From: a virus
Lineage: Duplodnaviria > Heunggongvirae > Uroviricota > Caudoviricetes
Reading direction: 5' to 3' (one strand)
Virus record (IMG/VR): IMGVR_UViG_3300042401_001180
DNA: 64,000 nt
This document shows positions 17,714 to 25,975 of this stretch, one piece after another. A model generated the notes under the pieces. The model was not told the DNA's origin, did not search any database, and worked only from the letters and a program-made list of their open reading frames with translations. The first letter of the stretch is position 1, and each line of letters begins with the position of its first letter. The position numbers and the translations under genes were made by a program.

Positions 17714-18529
17714 TCATAAATATTCAAATAAATCTGAACATTCATTTCTAAGTTTACGAAGTGCCTTTTCTTTAATCTGTCGAACACGTTCTTTTGTTAA
17801 GGAAAAGTCAGACCCAATATCTTCTAATGTTCTAGGGGTTCCTGTAATTCCGTAATAATCCTCAACGATTGCTCTTTCTCTTTCATCTAACATAGACATG
17901 ATTTTTATCATCTTTCCTTTTAGTGCGTCTTTGGTAGAGAAAATCTCATCTGGTGATTCTGCATTATCGTTTTTTATCACATCAATTAACGTATCTCCGT
18001 CCTCATTAATATGCATATCCAAATCAATGATTTTAGGTAGTGTCGCAAACTTATCGGATAAATCCTTATTAGTTTTTTCGTTCTCTTTTTTTTCTTTATA
18101 CATATCTTGTACAACGTTAACTGGTAACCTGATAGTTCTTGAATTATCATTTAAACATTGTAAAATGGATTGTTTAATCCACCAAACCGCGTATGAAATA
18201 AATCGATTATTTTTAGCCCAATCAAAGTTTTTAATTGCCTTCATTAACCCAAAGTTACCTTCAGCAATTAAATCTGCCAAGTCTATTCCTTGATTTTGGT
18301 ATTGTTTTGCCACTGTGATGACAAATCTTAGGTTACCCTCAAGTAATTCTTTATAAATCTTTTCACGTTCATTTTCACTACAGTTATCAGACATAATTTT
18401 TTGTGATAACACCTTTTCTCTTTCGGGTGTCATAACTTTAAATTTTCTAATGTCTTTTAAGTAGATTTGAATCTCGTCTTGATTTAGTGGGTTTGTTGAT
18501 TTAGTGTCCTCCATTTTTTCTCTTTCCAT
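17714..18529 (-). CDS. rpoD: RNA polymerase sigma-70 family factor (short RpoD/SigA-like)
   Basis: Region 1.2 IQIYLKDI, region 2 NLRFVITVAKQY...DLIAEGNFGL...FISYAVWWIKQSI, region 4 TLEDIG..LTKERVRQIKEKALRKLR. Confidence 0.92.
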   Translation of the reverse strand: MEREKMEDTKSTNPLNQDEIQIYLKDIRKFKVMTPEREKVLSQKIMSDNCSENEREKIYKELLEGNLRFVITVAKQYQNQGIDLADLIAEGNFGLMKAIKNFDWAKNNRFISYAVWWIKQSILQCLNDNSRTIRLPVNVVQDMYKEKKENEKTNKDLSDKFATLPKIIDLDMHINEDGDTLIDVIKNDNAESPDEIFSTKDALKGKMIKIMSMLDERERAIVEDYYGITGTPRTLEDIGSDFSLTKERVRQIKEKALRKLRNECSDLFEYL

Positions 18530-19148
18530 AATTTTCTAAAATTTCTTTTTCTTTCTCCGTTAGTGTATCTATTCCTTTCTCTGATATTTTGTCTAATATG
18601 TCGTCCACTGATGGTTCAACAATTTCGATAGGTGTTTCTGCATTAAACTGTGATTCGGTATCAAAGATAGGTAAAAATATGTCAAATCTCATATTTTTAA
18701 AATCTTTTTTTCTTTCTTCTTTTAAATCATCCACTTTAAATCCACCTAATTTTGGTTCTTCTCTTTTTAAATCTCCGTCTATATTTAAAAAATCCTTTTT
18801 AAGTTTTTTTGGCATTTTTATATCAAAATTCTTACCAACTTCCAATAAAAAATATTGATCGGTAATTTGATTAAATACCATGTCCATATATTCTTTTAAA
18901 TCTAAAAACGTTTCATTACTTCTAAAGTGAAACACTATACCATACTCACCATATGTGAATTTTAAAAATGGTGAACTAACAACCGTCAATAACTGACCTG
19001 ACAATTCCTGTGTTAATTGTTCAGATTCTTCAAAATCTCCAAATATAAATAACATATATGAGGGGTCTTTTTTTACTGGTTTTTTTCTTATCATTTTATT
19101 TTTTATATGTACTACAAAGTTATAAATTTTTTCTCCAATTCCAAACAT
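18501..19148 (-). CDS. Hypothetical protein with DUF6576-like C-terminal helix pair
   Basis: VDDILDKISEKGIDTLTEKEKEIL at C-terminus; TATTTAT at 19157-19163. Confidence 0.65.
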   Translation of the reverse strand: MFGIGEKIYNFVVHIKNKMIRKKPVKKDPSYMLFIFGDFEESEQLTQELSGQLLTVVSSPFLKFTYGEYGIVFHFRSNETFLDLKEYMDMVFNQITDQYFLLEVGKNFDIKMPKKLKKDFLNIDGDLKREEPKLGGFKVDDLKEERKKDFKNMRFDIFLPIFDTESQFNAETPIEIVEPSVDDILDKISEKGIDTLTEKEKEILENYGKRKNGGH

Positions 19149-19165
19149 CTTTATTAATAAATATT

Positions 19166-20065
19166 TTATTTAGTCGTTTTATTATTCTTTCTCTTTAATA
19201 ATGCGTCTTTTTTAGACAATAAAAATTTACTTTTTGGGTTTGGGGTTTCCTCGTTATAAGATGTTAAATTTTCTACTCTTCTATTAGATAAATCAACATA
19301 CTCCTCATTCAAATCAATTCCAACATAGTTCCTATTATTTAGTTTTGCCATCTTCAATGTAGTTCCACTACCACACATTGGATCTAAAACTAAATCTCCT
19401 TCTTCAGACCAAGATAGGATGTGATCTTCAGCCAAAGACTCAGGAAATATTGCTGGATGTTGGAATGCTATATCATCTTTTGATGAGAATCCTTTACCGT
19501 TATTAATGTACCAAACATTATATCTAGTACCAAACTCTGATACCACAAACTTATCTACCTTTTTAAGGTTACCATCTTTCTCTCTTTTAGATGGTTCACC
19601 AAAGTTACTATGTCCTGCCCATCTATTAGGTTTATCTTTAAGAAGATTTACGGTTTTAGGGGTTCCCTTTGAAAAAATAAACATGTACTCAAACACCTGA
19701 GAGTATCGTCCCGTCTCAGGGAATGGTGCTCCGTTTTTATGATAAATCATAGTATCATATAACGTAAACCCAATTTCCATAAATTTAAGTGCTTGTCTGA
19801 ACGAACTTCCCGTTTCTCCTCCATTTTTTACTTGATCATTAACAACCCAAACAACCACACCACCTTTCTTTGTTACACGATACAGTTCTTTAGCCATCTC
19901 AACAAATGGAAAACTAAATCCATCCTCATATACCACCTCATCTTTAATCTTACCATTATAGGTTCTAAGATTATCATATGGCGGTGATGTTACCGTCAAA
20001 TCAAAGGTATTATCTTCATAGTTTTGTAATACCTCAATAGCATCACCTAATATTACTTCATTCAT
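19166..20065 (-). CDS. DNA methyltransferase, beta class (N4-C/N6-A)
   Basis: VTSPPY (motif IV) N-terminal, HPAIFP, VLDPMCGSGTT (motif I) C-terminal. Confidence 0.92.
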   Translation of the reverse strand: MNEVILGDAIEVLQNYEDNTFDLTVTSPPYDNLRTYNGKIKDEVVYEDGFSFPFVEMAKELYRVTKKGGVVVWVVNDQVKNGGETGSSFRQALKFMEIGFTLYDTMIYHKNGAPFPETGRYSQVFEYMFIFSKGTPKTVNLLKDKPNRWAGHSNFGEPSKREKDGNLKKVDKFVVSEFGTRYNVWYINNGKGFSSKDDIAFQHPAIFPESLAEDHILSWSEEGDLVLDPMCGSGTTLKMAKLNNRNYVGIDLNEEYVDLSNRRVENLTSYNEETPNPKSKFLLSKKDALLKRKNNKTTK

Positions 20066-20070
20066 ATTTT

Positions 20071-20607
20071 TTATTTTAATTTAAACTCCACAGTTATTCT
20101 ATGATAACCTTTCCAAGCGCTTTTAACTATTACAGTCCTAAACTCTATTTCCTCTTTAGGTATAAATCCGTCAATACATTGTATACCTTCACTAAGTTGG
20201 TTTATTTCTTTTTCCACTTTAAGAAATAATCCTGTATTTTGGTTATAATCCCAAAAGTCTTTTACAAACTCATTATAAGTTTCTTTATCTATTTTATTTA
20301 AATCTCCTCTACTTGCTATTTTAAAATAAGGTTCAGAATACAAGGTCCAAGATTTAAGTTGTGATTTTTTATATCTTTTTACCTCTCTATATTTTTTTAA
20401 AATAGGGTGGTATATGTCGTATTTAGATAAATCACAGTTGTCAGTCAATGTAAATAAAGAAGGGGTAAAATTACAATTTTTTATTTTTGTAATATTACCC
20501 TTACCATTTCCTGACCACTTTAGTTTAGGTGATTTTGTTTTTCTCACCCAACCGTCGGTTTCACATAACTTTTCAAATTCTACACCTATTTTAGCCCTTG
20601 TTTGCAT
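20071..20607 (-). CDS. Putative PD-(D/E)XK restriction-endonuclease-like protein
   Basis: GVEFEK helix, YD...REVK catalytic-like motif; 5 nt upstream of the MTase. Confidence 0.45.
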   Translation of the reverse strand: MQTRAKIGVEFEKLCETDGWVRKTKSPKLKWSGNGKGNITKIKNCNFTPSLFTLTDNCDLSKYDIYHPILKKYREVKRYKKSQLKSWTLYSEPYFKIASRGDLNKIDKETYNEFVKDFWDYNQNTGLFLKVEKEINQLSEGIQCIDGFIPKEEIEFRTVIVKSAWKGYHRITVEFKLK

Positions 20608-20611
20608 AATA

Positions 20612-20619
20612 CAAATATA
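20612..20619 (-). promoter_or_regulatory. Bacteroidota -7 element TATATTTG
   Basis: Exact TAnnTTTG 4 nt upstream of ATG 20607; -33 element imperfect (GTG). Confidence 0.45.
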
Positions 20620-20646
20620 AGAATAAATTATCGATTGATCACTAGT

Positions 20647-22980
20647 TTACTGATAAACTTTTGAGATATTATCTTCTTTTCTGATTTTAACAAGATTGTC
20701 AGCCCAATTTGTAATTAATGGGTTATGTGATATAATTAATATTTTTTCAAAATAGTCTTTTATTTTTATAAAAAATTCACCTACTAAATCTAAATTATCG
20801 TTAGATATTTTACCAAAGACTTCGTCCATTACTACAATATTCGGTTTTGGTAAAGAACATATTTTACTTAAAACTGATCTTAAAGCTAAGGATGCGATTG
20901 TTCTTTCATAACCTGAACCTGATGACATTAGTTTCTCAACACCAGTACCATTATCAATCATTAAAAACTCAACCTCATTTTTATCGCTAATTCTAATTTC
21001 CAATTTAAAGTATGAACTATCTTCCATCAATCTTTGTAATTCTGAGTTGATTAATGGCATCATTGTTTTCATAATCATTTTAGAAATACCGTTTTTGCCG
21101 TACACCTCCAAATATATTTTATGAATCTTTTCTTTTTCCTGTTCTTCAGAAATTTTAATTATGTTACTCATATTAGTTTTGATTTTTTCTTCTAATGATT
21201 TAATAGAATACTCATCACTATTAATTTGAGTTTGTTTTTGTGTTTTTTGTCTTTCTAAATCTTCAAGTCTTAGTCCTGCCTTTATTAACATACCATCAAT
21301 ATGTTCGTTAGCCTTAATTTTATCTAACATTTTATCATACTCAGTTAACTTGGTTTGAAGTCCTCCAATTTTTAACTGATAGTTCTCAATTGTTGCCTCA
21401 AACTTTTCCTTGATAAGTTTGTTTTTTTCGTACTCATCAAACTGCCTTTTAATATCAACAAATCCTTTTTCTTTGCCTGTTAAAACAGTCATTAAGTCCT
21501 CTTTTTCCCCTTTTTGCATGATATAACCATCAAGTTCAGATATCTTTTGTTGTGTGATCGATGCATTCATTAAATCAATTCCACAGTGTTCACACTTTAT
21601 ACCTCCCTTAACAGAACTTTTTAATTTTTCAATTTCAGATATCTTAGTATCCAACTGAACTTTTTCTTTAAACGCAACATTATATTCCTCTTTTACCTTG
21701 TCATGTTCGTCCTCTTTGTAATATTCTTTTGGTTCAACAACATTAAGTTCGTTAAGTTTTAGTCTTGTTTGTTCTACTTGATACTCATGTCCTTCAACTT
21801 CTTGTTTCACTTGACTTGGGTTCATTCTACTCAACTCAACATCAATGTCCGTATGTTTTTTTCTTAACATATCATCACGGTAATCTTTACCCTTAACAAT
21901 GTTATCTTCAATAGTTTGAAACTCAACTTTATAGGTTTCAACATTACCCTTTAATTCTACTATTCTTAATTCGTTGTTTTCGTTATCCGTTTTAAGTTGT
22001 TCAGTGTTATAGATGTTGGATAACATTGATTTTGAAAAGTCAGAATATATAACCTTTGCCGCTTCTTCTTTTCTTTTTAAAAACTCAAGTCCCATAAAAC
22101 GAGTTAGTACTTGTCCTCTTGCTGTTGGTTTTGCATCAATTAACTCTTCAAGGTTTGTTGCCGTTGTAAGTATTGTCATTAAGAAGTCATCTTTAGTTCC
22201 AATAGATTCTTTGATAAACTTTTCAGTTTCTCGTCTTTGTTCACCAGTAAAGTTTTGAAGTGTTCCGTCAGATAATTTTTTAAAGAAGTCCAACTCAGTT
22301 TTAACATTCCATTCACCCTTTTTAGACATCTTTCTTTCAATGTTTCTTACAATGATATATTCTTCACCATCAATAATGATTTCACCTTTAACCGTTACAG
22401 TGTCTTTATCTGTAAATCGATTAAATATTTCTTCAGCTTTTGTTGTTTTTGTTGTTTCATTAAAGAATAAAAATAACAATAAATCCACACTTAAAACCGT
22501 TTTTCCGCCAAAATTCGGGGGATTTGACTCAATAACTGTTAATCCATTACACTTTTCAAAATCAATCTTTTGGTTCTCACCGTATGATAAAAAGTTAGAA
22601 AACTCAATGTTTTTAATATACCATTTTTTAAATACAGTCGATGGCATTTCATTTTCTTGCATCTTATTTTCAACCATTAGATTATGATTCAAAATCCTAT
22701 CCAAATAATTGTCGTATCCCTTATTTGTTAAGTATTGTTTCAACAACTCAACTTGGTAGTTGGTGTCCATAACATTTACAGACACGTCAACCGTTTGTTC
22801 ACCATCTTCCTGTGTTGTTTTTACTTTAGTAATAACATTAACATTTGTTGTGTTATATTTTTTTTGGAAATAATGTTTTACACTCTTAATTCTATCTTGA
22901 GTGAAGTTTTCGTTAACGTCTTCCCAAACCACTTGTATGTAGGGGTTTTCAAACTTTGAAAAGTCTATTTCTTTTGTCAT
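20647..22980 (-). CDS. sbcC: SbcC/Rad50 (T4 gp46-like) recombination ATPase
   Basis: IEFSNFLSYG, Walker A-like NFGGKT, CEHC zinc hook, SSGSGYE signature, VVMDE Walker B, IISH; start refined to MTKEIDF. Confidence 0.92.
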   Translation of the reverse strand: MTKEIDFSKFENPYIQVVWEDVNENFTQDRIKSVKHYFQKKYNTTNVNVITKVKTTQEDGEQTVDVSVNVMDTNYQVELLKQYLTNKGYDNYLDRILNHNLMVENKMQENEMPSTVFKKWYIKNIEFSNFLSYGENQKIDFEKCNGLTVIESNPPNFGGKTVLSVDLLLFLFFNETTKTTKAEEIFNRFTDKDTVTVKGEIIIDGEEYIIVRNIERKMSKKGEWNVKTELDFFKKLSDGTLQNFTGEQRRETEKFIKESIGTKDDFLMTILTTATNLEELIDAKPTARGQVLTRFMGLEFLKRKEEAAKVIYSDFSKSMLSNIYNTEQLKTDNENNELRIVELKGNVETYKVEFQTIEDNIVKGKDYRDDMLRKKHTDIDVELSRMNPSQVKQEVEGHEYQVEQTRLKLNELNVVEPKEYYKEDEHDKVKEEYNVAFKEKVQLDTKISEIEKLKSSVKGGIKCEHCGIDLMNASITQQKISELDGYIMQKGEKEDLMTVLTGKEKGFVDIKRQFDEYEKNKLIKEKFEATIENYQLKIGGLQTKLTEYDKMLDKIKANEHIDGMLIKAGLRLEDLERQKTQKQTQINSDEYSIKSLEEKIKTNMSNIIKISEEQEKEKIHKIYLEVYGKNGISKMIMKTMMPLINSELQRLMEDSSYFKLEIRISDKNEVEFLMIDNGTGVEKLMSSGSGYERTIASLALRSVLSKICSLPKPNIVVMDEVFGKISNDNLDLVGEFFIKIKDYFEKILIISHNPLITNWADNLVKIRKEDNISKVYQ

Positions 22981-22999
22981 TAATTCGTAATTAAATTGT

Positions 23000-23254
23000 T
23001 TACTCTCCTTGAATAGGTTCAGCTGATTCGGATTCTTCCTGTGTTGTTTCTTCTTGTACGTTTTCCTCATCTTCTAATAATCCTGTTAATCCTGACATGG
23101 TGTCTCCAGACATTGATTCAAATTTTTCTTTCATTACTTTCATTTGTTCCTCAAATGCTTCTTGCCAAATTTTTTGGGTTCTTTTTTCTTGTACTTTTAA
23201 ATTAGCGTTTCTTTTCGCTACCTTCGCTCTATGAGCCTTTGCCGCTTTTCCCAT
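23000..23254 (-). CDS. Small protein, basic N-terminus and acidic C-terminus
   Basis: ORF track, 84 aa. Confidence 0.7.
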   Translation of the reverse strand: MGKAAKAHRAKVAKRNANLKVQEKRTQKIWQEAFEEQMKVMKEKFESMSGDTMSGLTGLLEDEENVQEETTQEESESAEPIQGE

Positions 23255-23260
23255 TATTAA

Positions 23261-23300
23261 TTATTATTAGTTATTATTACTTGTTATTACTTGTTATTAC
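23261..23300. repeat. Four 10-bp tandem units (TT(A/G)TTATTA(C/G))
   Basis: ttattattag ttattattac ttgttattac ttgttattac spanning the stop of 23287..23637. Confidence 0.8.
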
Positions 23301-23637
23301 TTGGTCGATTCTCTTCGAACCATTCAATTATTGCGTTTATCCCCCATACTGCCCCTGATGATAGAACGCCGTCAAAAAACCACGATACCGATTCAGGTGT
23401 ATTAAACATAACATTTGTTGGTGAGTATATCAATAGGGATATGATGAACCCTCCCCAAGTTGAGAAACACATAGGGCAAGTTAAAATACCCGAAATGAAT
23501 CCACCTAAAAAACTTAAAGGTAAATGTTTATCGTTACCCCACTTCGCAAAAAAGTTTCTTAACCCTTGAAATATACTTCCGTATACCATAATGTTCATTA
23601 ACCCGTAGCTTAAAATGAACCAAACTAAAATTTCCAT
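23287..23637 (-). CDS. Membrane protein with CPMC motif (DUF1360-like)
   Basis: Hydrophobic helices and LTCPMCFSTW. Confidence 0.7.
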   Translation of the reverse strand: MEILVWFILSYGLMNIMVYGSIFQGLRNFFAKWGNDKHLPLSFLGGFISGILTCPMCFSTWGGFIISLLIYSPTNVMFNTPESVSWFFDGVLSSGAVWGINAIIEWFEENRPSNNK

Positions 23638-23639
23638 AA

Positions 23640-24299
23640 TTATTTGTATAAATCATCGTTTAGGTTAGAATTTCCGTAAAACTTAGCGGGAATATTACCC
23701 ACTTTTTTTGGTGATTCTAACAATTGTTTTTCTAATTCTTCGTTTTTCTTTTTTAATTCTCTAACCTCCGAAGTAAGGTTTTGAACCGTTTGTTGTAACA
23801 TCTTTAACTTATTATCGTCTACAGGAATGTCTAAATTACGTCTAAGTTCGTCTAACTCTTTATCCTTATTAGATAATTCATAATGGAAATTATTTTCCAT
23901 TTCTTCTATCTTAGTGGAAAAAATTTTCCTTTCTGACTCAATTTGTTCATTTAAGTGGAAAATATTTTCTTCTAATTCCTTATCATTTGTTATTGTAATG
24001 ATTTTTTCAACCACAACCTCTTTGATAATCTCAACTGGAATTTCCACTCGTTTTTCAACAATAACTTCTTTTATTACGTGTTTTTCCTCAACTTTACCCG
24101 TTTTTAAGTCTTTTTCACCATCATTAAGTGTTTTTCCCAACAACCCATACTTCTCAATGTTAAATCCAGTATCAAAACATTTTTTAATAAACCCATCAAC
24201 ATTCTCAATATTGTTTAATTTACAATATTCAGATAATGACTTTATAATTTGTTTATTAAATATTTCTGAGTAATTCAGTTCCATTTTCAATATCTTCAA
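23640..24299 (-). CDS. Hypothetical coiled-coil protein with (V/I)(I/V)KE repeats
   Basis: ORF track. Confidence 0.7.
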   Translation of the reverse strand: MKILKMELNYSEIFNKQIIKSLSEYCKLNNIENVDGFIKKCFDTGFNIEKYGLLGKTLNDGEKDLKTGKVEEKHVIKEVIVEKRVEIPVEIIKEVVVEKIITITNDKELEENIFHLNEQIESERKIFSTKIEEMENNFHYELSNKDKELDELRRNLDIPVDDNKLKMLQQTVQNLTSEVRELKKKNEELEKQLLESPKKVGNIPAKFYGNSNLNDDLYK

Positions 24300-25035
24300 A
24301 TGATTTAATAGAAAACTTCAAAAATGGTTTTGGGTTTTCAAGGTCCGTATAGGTATACTCTTTAGTTCCGAAATCGTAAGTTCCGAAACCGTGATTTCGG
24401 ATACTCTCCCCAATGTTCTGTTGAATTGGTGATCCAATCATATACCCCTTACCAGTTTTAAAACTAAACTCTTGTCTTTTGTGGATGTCACCACATAAAA
24501 CGATTTCAAGTCCATCAAACTTTTCAGTATCATATGCGTGATCACCAAAGTCATAACCTAAGTCAGTTGTCATACCTTGTATTGGTCCGTGAAATAAACC
24601 AACTCTAATTCCTTTTGATTCACTAATATCAGGTGGAATGTTTCCTTGATATTGTGAGTACACGCACCAACTAACATTATCGTCTTCATACACACCTCTG
24701 TCTTTGTAATAAACAATGTTTTTGTTATTTAATGAGTCGATAATCGGAGATAATGCGTCTAACCTATCAATATTGTTCACTAAAAAGTCGTGGTTACCTG
24801 GTATAATAATAGTTTTTGCAATGTTTGCACATTCAGTTAAAATCCAAGCAACGAACTCAATAAGTTCAGGAGTCATTTGATTTTTAGAGTGAACTAAATC
24901 CCCTGTGAACACGATACGACAAGGTTTTAGTTTTTTCCATTGTTCAATCGCATTCTCTAATATCTTTCGGTATTGTTCGTGATCTTTAAATAATTTTACG
25001 TGAAGATCTGAAAAGTGTACTAATTTCTTTATCAT
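24256..25035 (-). CDS. sbcD: SbcD/Mre11 (T4 gp47-like) metallophosphoesterase nuclease
   Basis: HFSDLH, FTGDLVH, PGNHD, LFHG, CGDIH, GSP motifs. Confidence 0.9.
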   Translation of the reverse strand: MIKKLVHFSDLHVKLFKDHEQYRKILENAIEQWKKLKPCRIVFTGDLVHSKNQMTPELIEFVAWILTECANIAKTIIIPGNHDFLVNNIDRLDALSPIIDSLNNKNIVYYKDRGVYEDDNVSWCVYSQYQGNIPPDISESKGIRVGLFHGPIQGMTTDLGYDFGDHAYDTEKFDGLEIVLCGDIHKRQEFSFKTGKGYMIGSPIQQNIGESIRNHGFGTYDFGTKEYTYTDLENPKPFLKFSIKSFEDIENGTELLRNI

Positions 25036-25046
25036 TTAATTTTTGT

Positions 25047-25280
25047 TTAACAAGTAATATCAAAAGGTGGTTTATGTGGGTCATCATTATTTTTTAACGG
25101 TATAATAACCGGATTAAATGGTGAAGGAATGGTGGTTCGTGAAATCCTTGTAAAACTGTTTTCGGCATCTTTAACTTCCTTCATTTTTTCAACAATAGGT
25201 GTTATAGGGATTATTTCATCTTCTAACCTACCGTGTAGGTATCCTTCTAACCAAAAATAAAATTCTTTGTGTGTTAACAT
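25047..25280 (-). CDS. Hypothetical protein (77 aa)
   Basis: MLTHKEFYFWLEGYL-type small phage protein. Confidence 0.7.
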   Translation of the reverse strand: MLTHKEFYFWLEGYLHGRLEDEIIPITPIVEKMKEVKDAENSFTRISRTTIPSPFNPVIIPLKNNDDPHKPPFDITC

Positions 25281-25282
25281 AA

Positions 25283-25483
25283 TTATTCCTCCTCTAAACT
25301 AAAATCGTACTCATCTTCATTTTCAATCTTATCCCACTCCAATTCTTGATCTCCTCTAAAATCCACTTCTTCATAAAACTTGTCTTCATCTTCTTCAAAC
25401 AGTTTTGCCTCTTCATCTGTTAACTCGGTAGAATACTTACAAATCGTTGTGTAAGATTCAAACCATACTAATTTTTTTCCCAT
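25283..25483 (-). CDS. Very acidic small protein (66 aa)
   Basis: 25 D/E vs 7 K/R (hand count). Confidence 0.7.
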   Translation of the reverse strand: MGKKLVWFESYTTICKYSTELTDEEAKLFEEDEDKFYEEVDFRGDQELEWDKIENEDEYDFSLEEE

Positions 25484-25488
25484 TTTAT

Positions 25489-25635
25489 TTAAATTAATTC
25501 TCGATTATAAAGGTTTGCTAAAATAATCCTAGCGAACTTAAATTCTTTTGCTCTGTTTAATTTTAACCCATAAGCAAGTGCAACACTTCTAAGGTGTGGG
25601 TATGCTTCACTTATGATCATCTTACCTATTTCCAT
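25489..25635 (-). CDS. Small hypothetical protein (48 aa)
   Basis: Hand-translated MEIGKMIISEAYPHLRSVALAYGLKLNRAKEFKFARIILANLYNRELI*; fills the gap between neighbours. Confidence 0.65.
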   Translation of the reverse strand: MEIGKMIISEAYPHLRSVALAYGLKLNRAKEFKFARIILANLYNRELI

Positions 25636-25636
25636 T

Positions 25637-25849
25637 TTAGTCAAATAATTCAAAATCTTTATTTACGTTACCACAATCATTACACATATATGTTGGAAAG
25701 GGCACGATGCTGTCTTCAGAACCTCCAGTTAAAATTTTTGATACTTTTTTCAAAATCACTACTTCTTTAAAGTATTTTGATTTGCATTTATCGCACTCAA
25801 CTGTAGGTTGGTCTCTTAGATTAATTTTTGGTTTTATAATGTCGTCCAT
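25637..25849 (-). CDS. Small zinc-ribbon protein
   Basis: CDKC...CNDC, 70 aa. Confidence 0.8.
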   Translation of the reverse strand: MDDIIKPKINLRDQPTVECDKCKSKYFKEVVILKKVSKILTGGSEDSIVPFPTYMCNDCGNVNKDFELFD

Positions 25850-25941
25850 TATTTTATAATATAATTTATGTTTATTTTAATCGGTAATTGGCTATCCCAA
25901 CTTGTGGTATAATACCAAACAGGTGTAATTGTACTTTCCAT
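25849..25941 (-). CDS. Candidate ~30-aa microprotein
   Basis: MESTITPVWYYTTSWDSQLPIK...; TAATG-type coupling to next gene; promoter directly upstream. Confidence 0.4.
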   Translation of the reverse strand: MESTITPVWYYTTSWDSQLPIKININYIIK

Positions 25942-25946
25942 TGTAT

Positions 25947-25975
25947 AATATAATTTATTTTTTTAATGTTGTCAA
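25947..25975 (-). promoter_or_regulatory. Sigma70-type promoter TTGACA-N17-TATATT
   Basis: TTGACA 25970-25975, TATATT 25947-25952. Confidence 0.55.
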
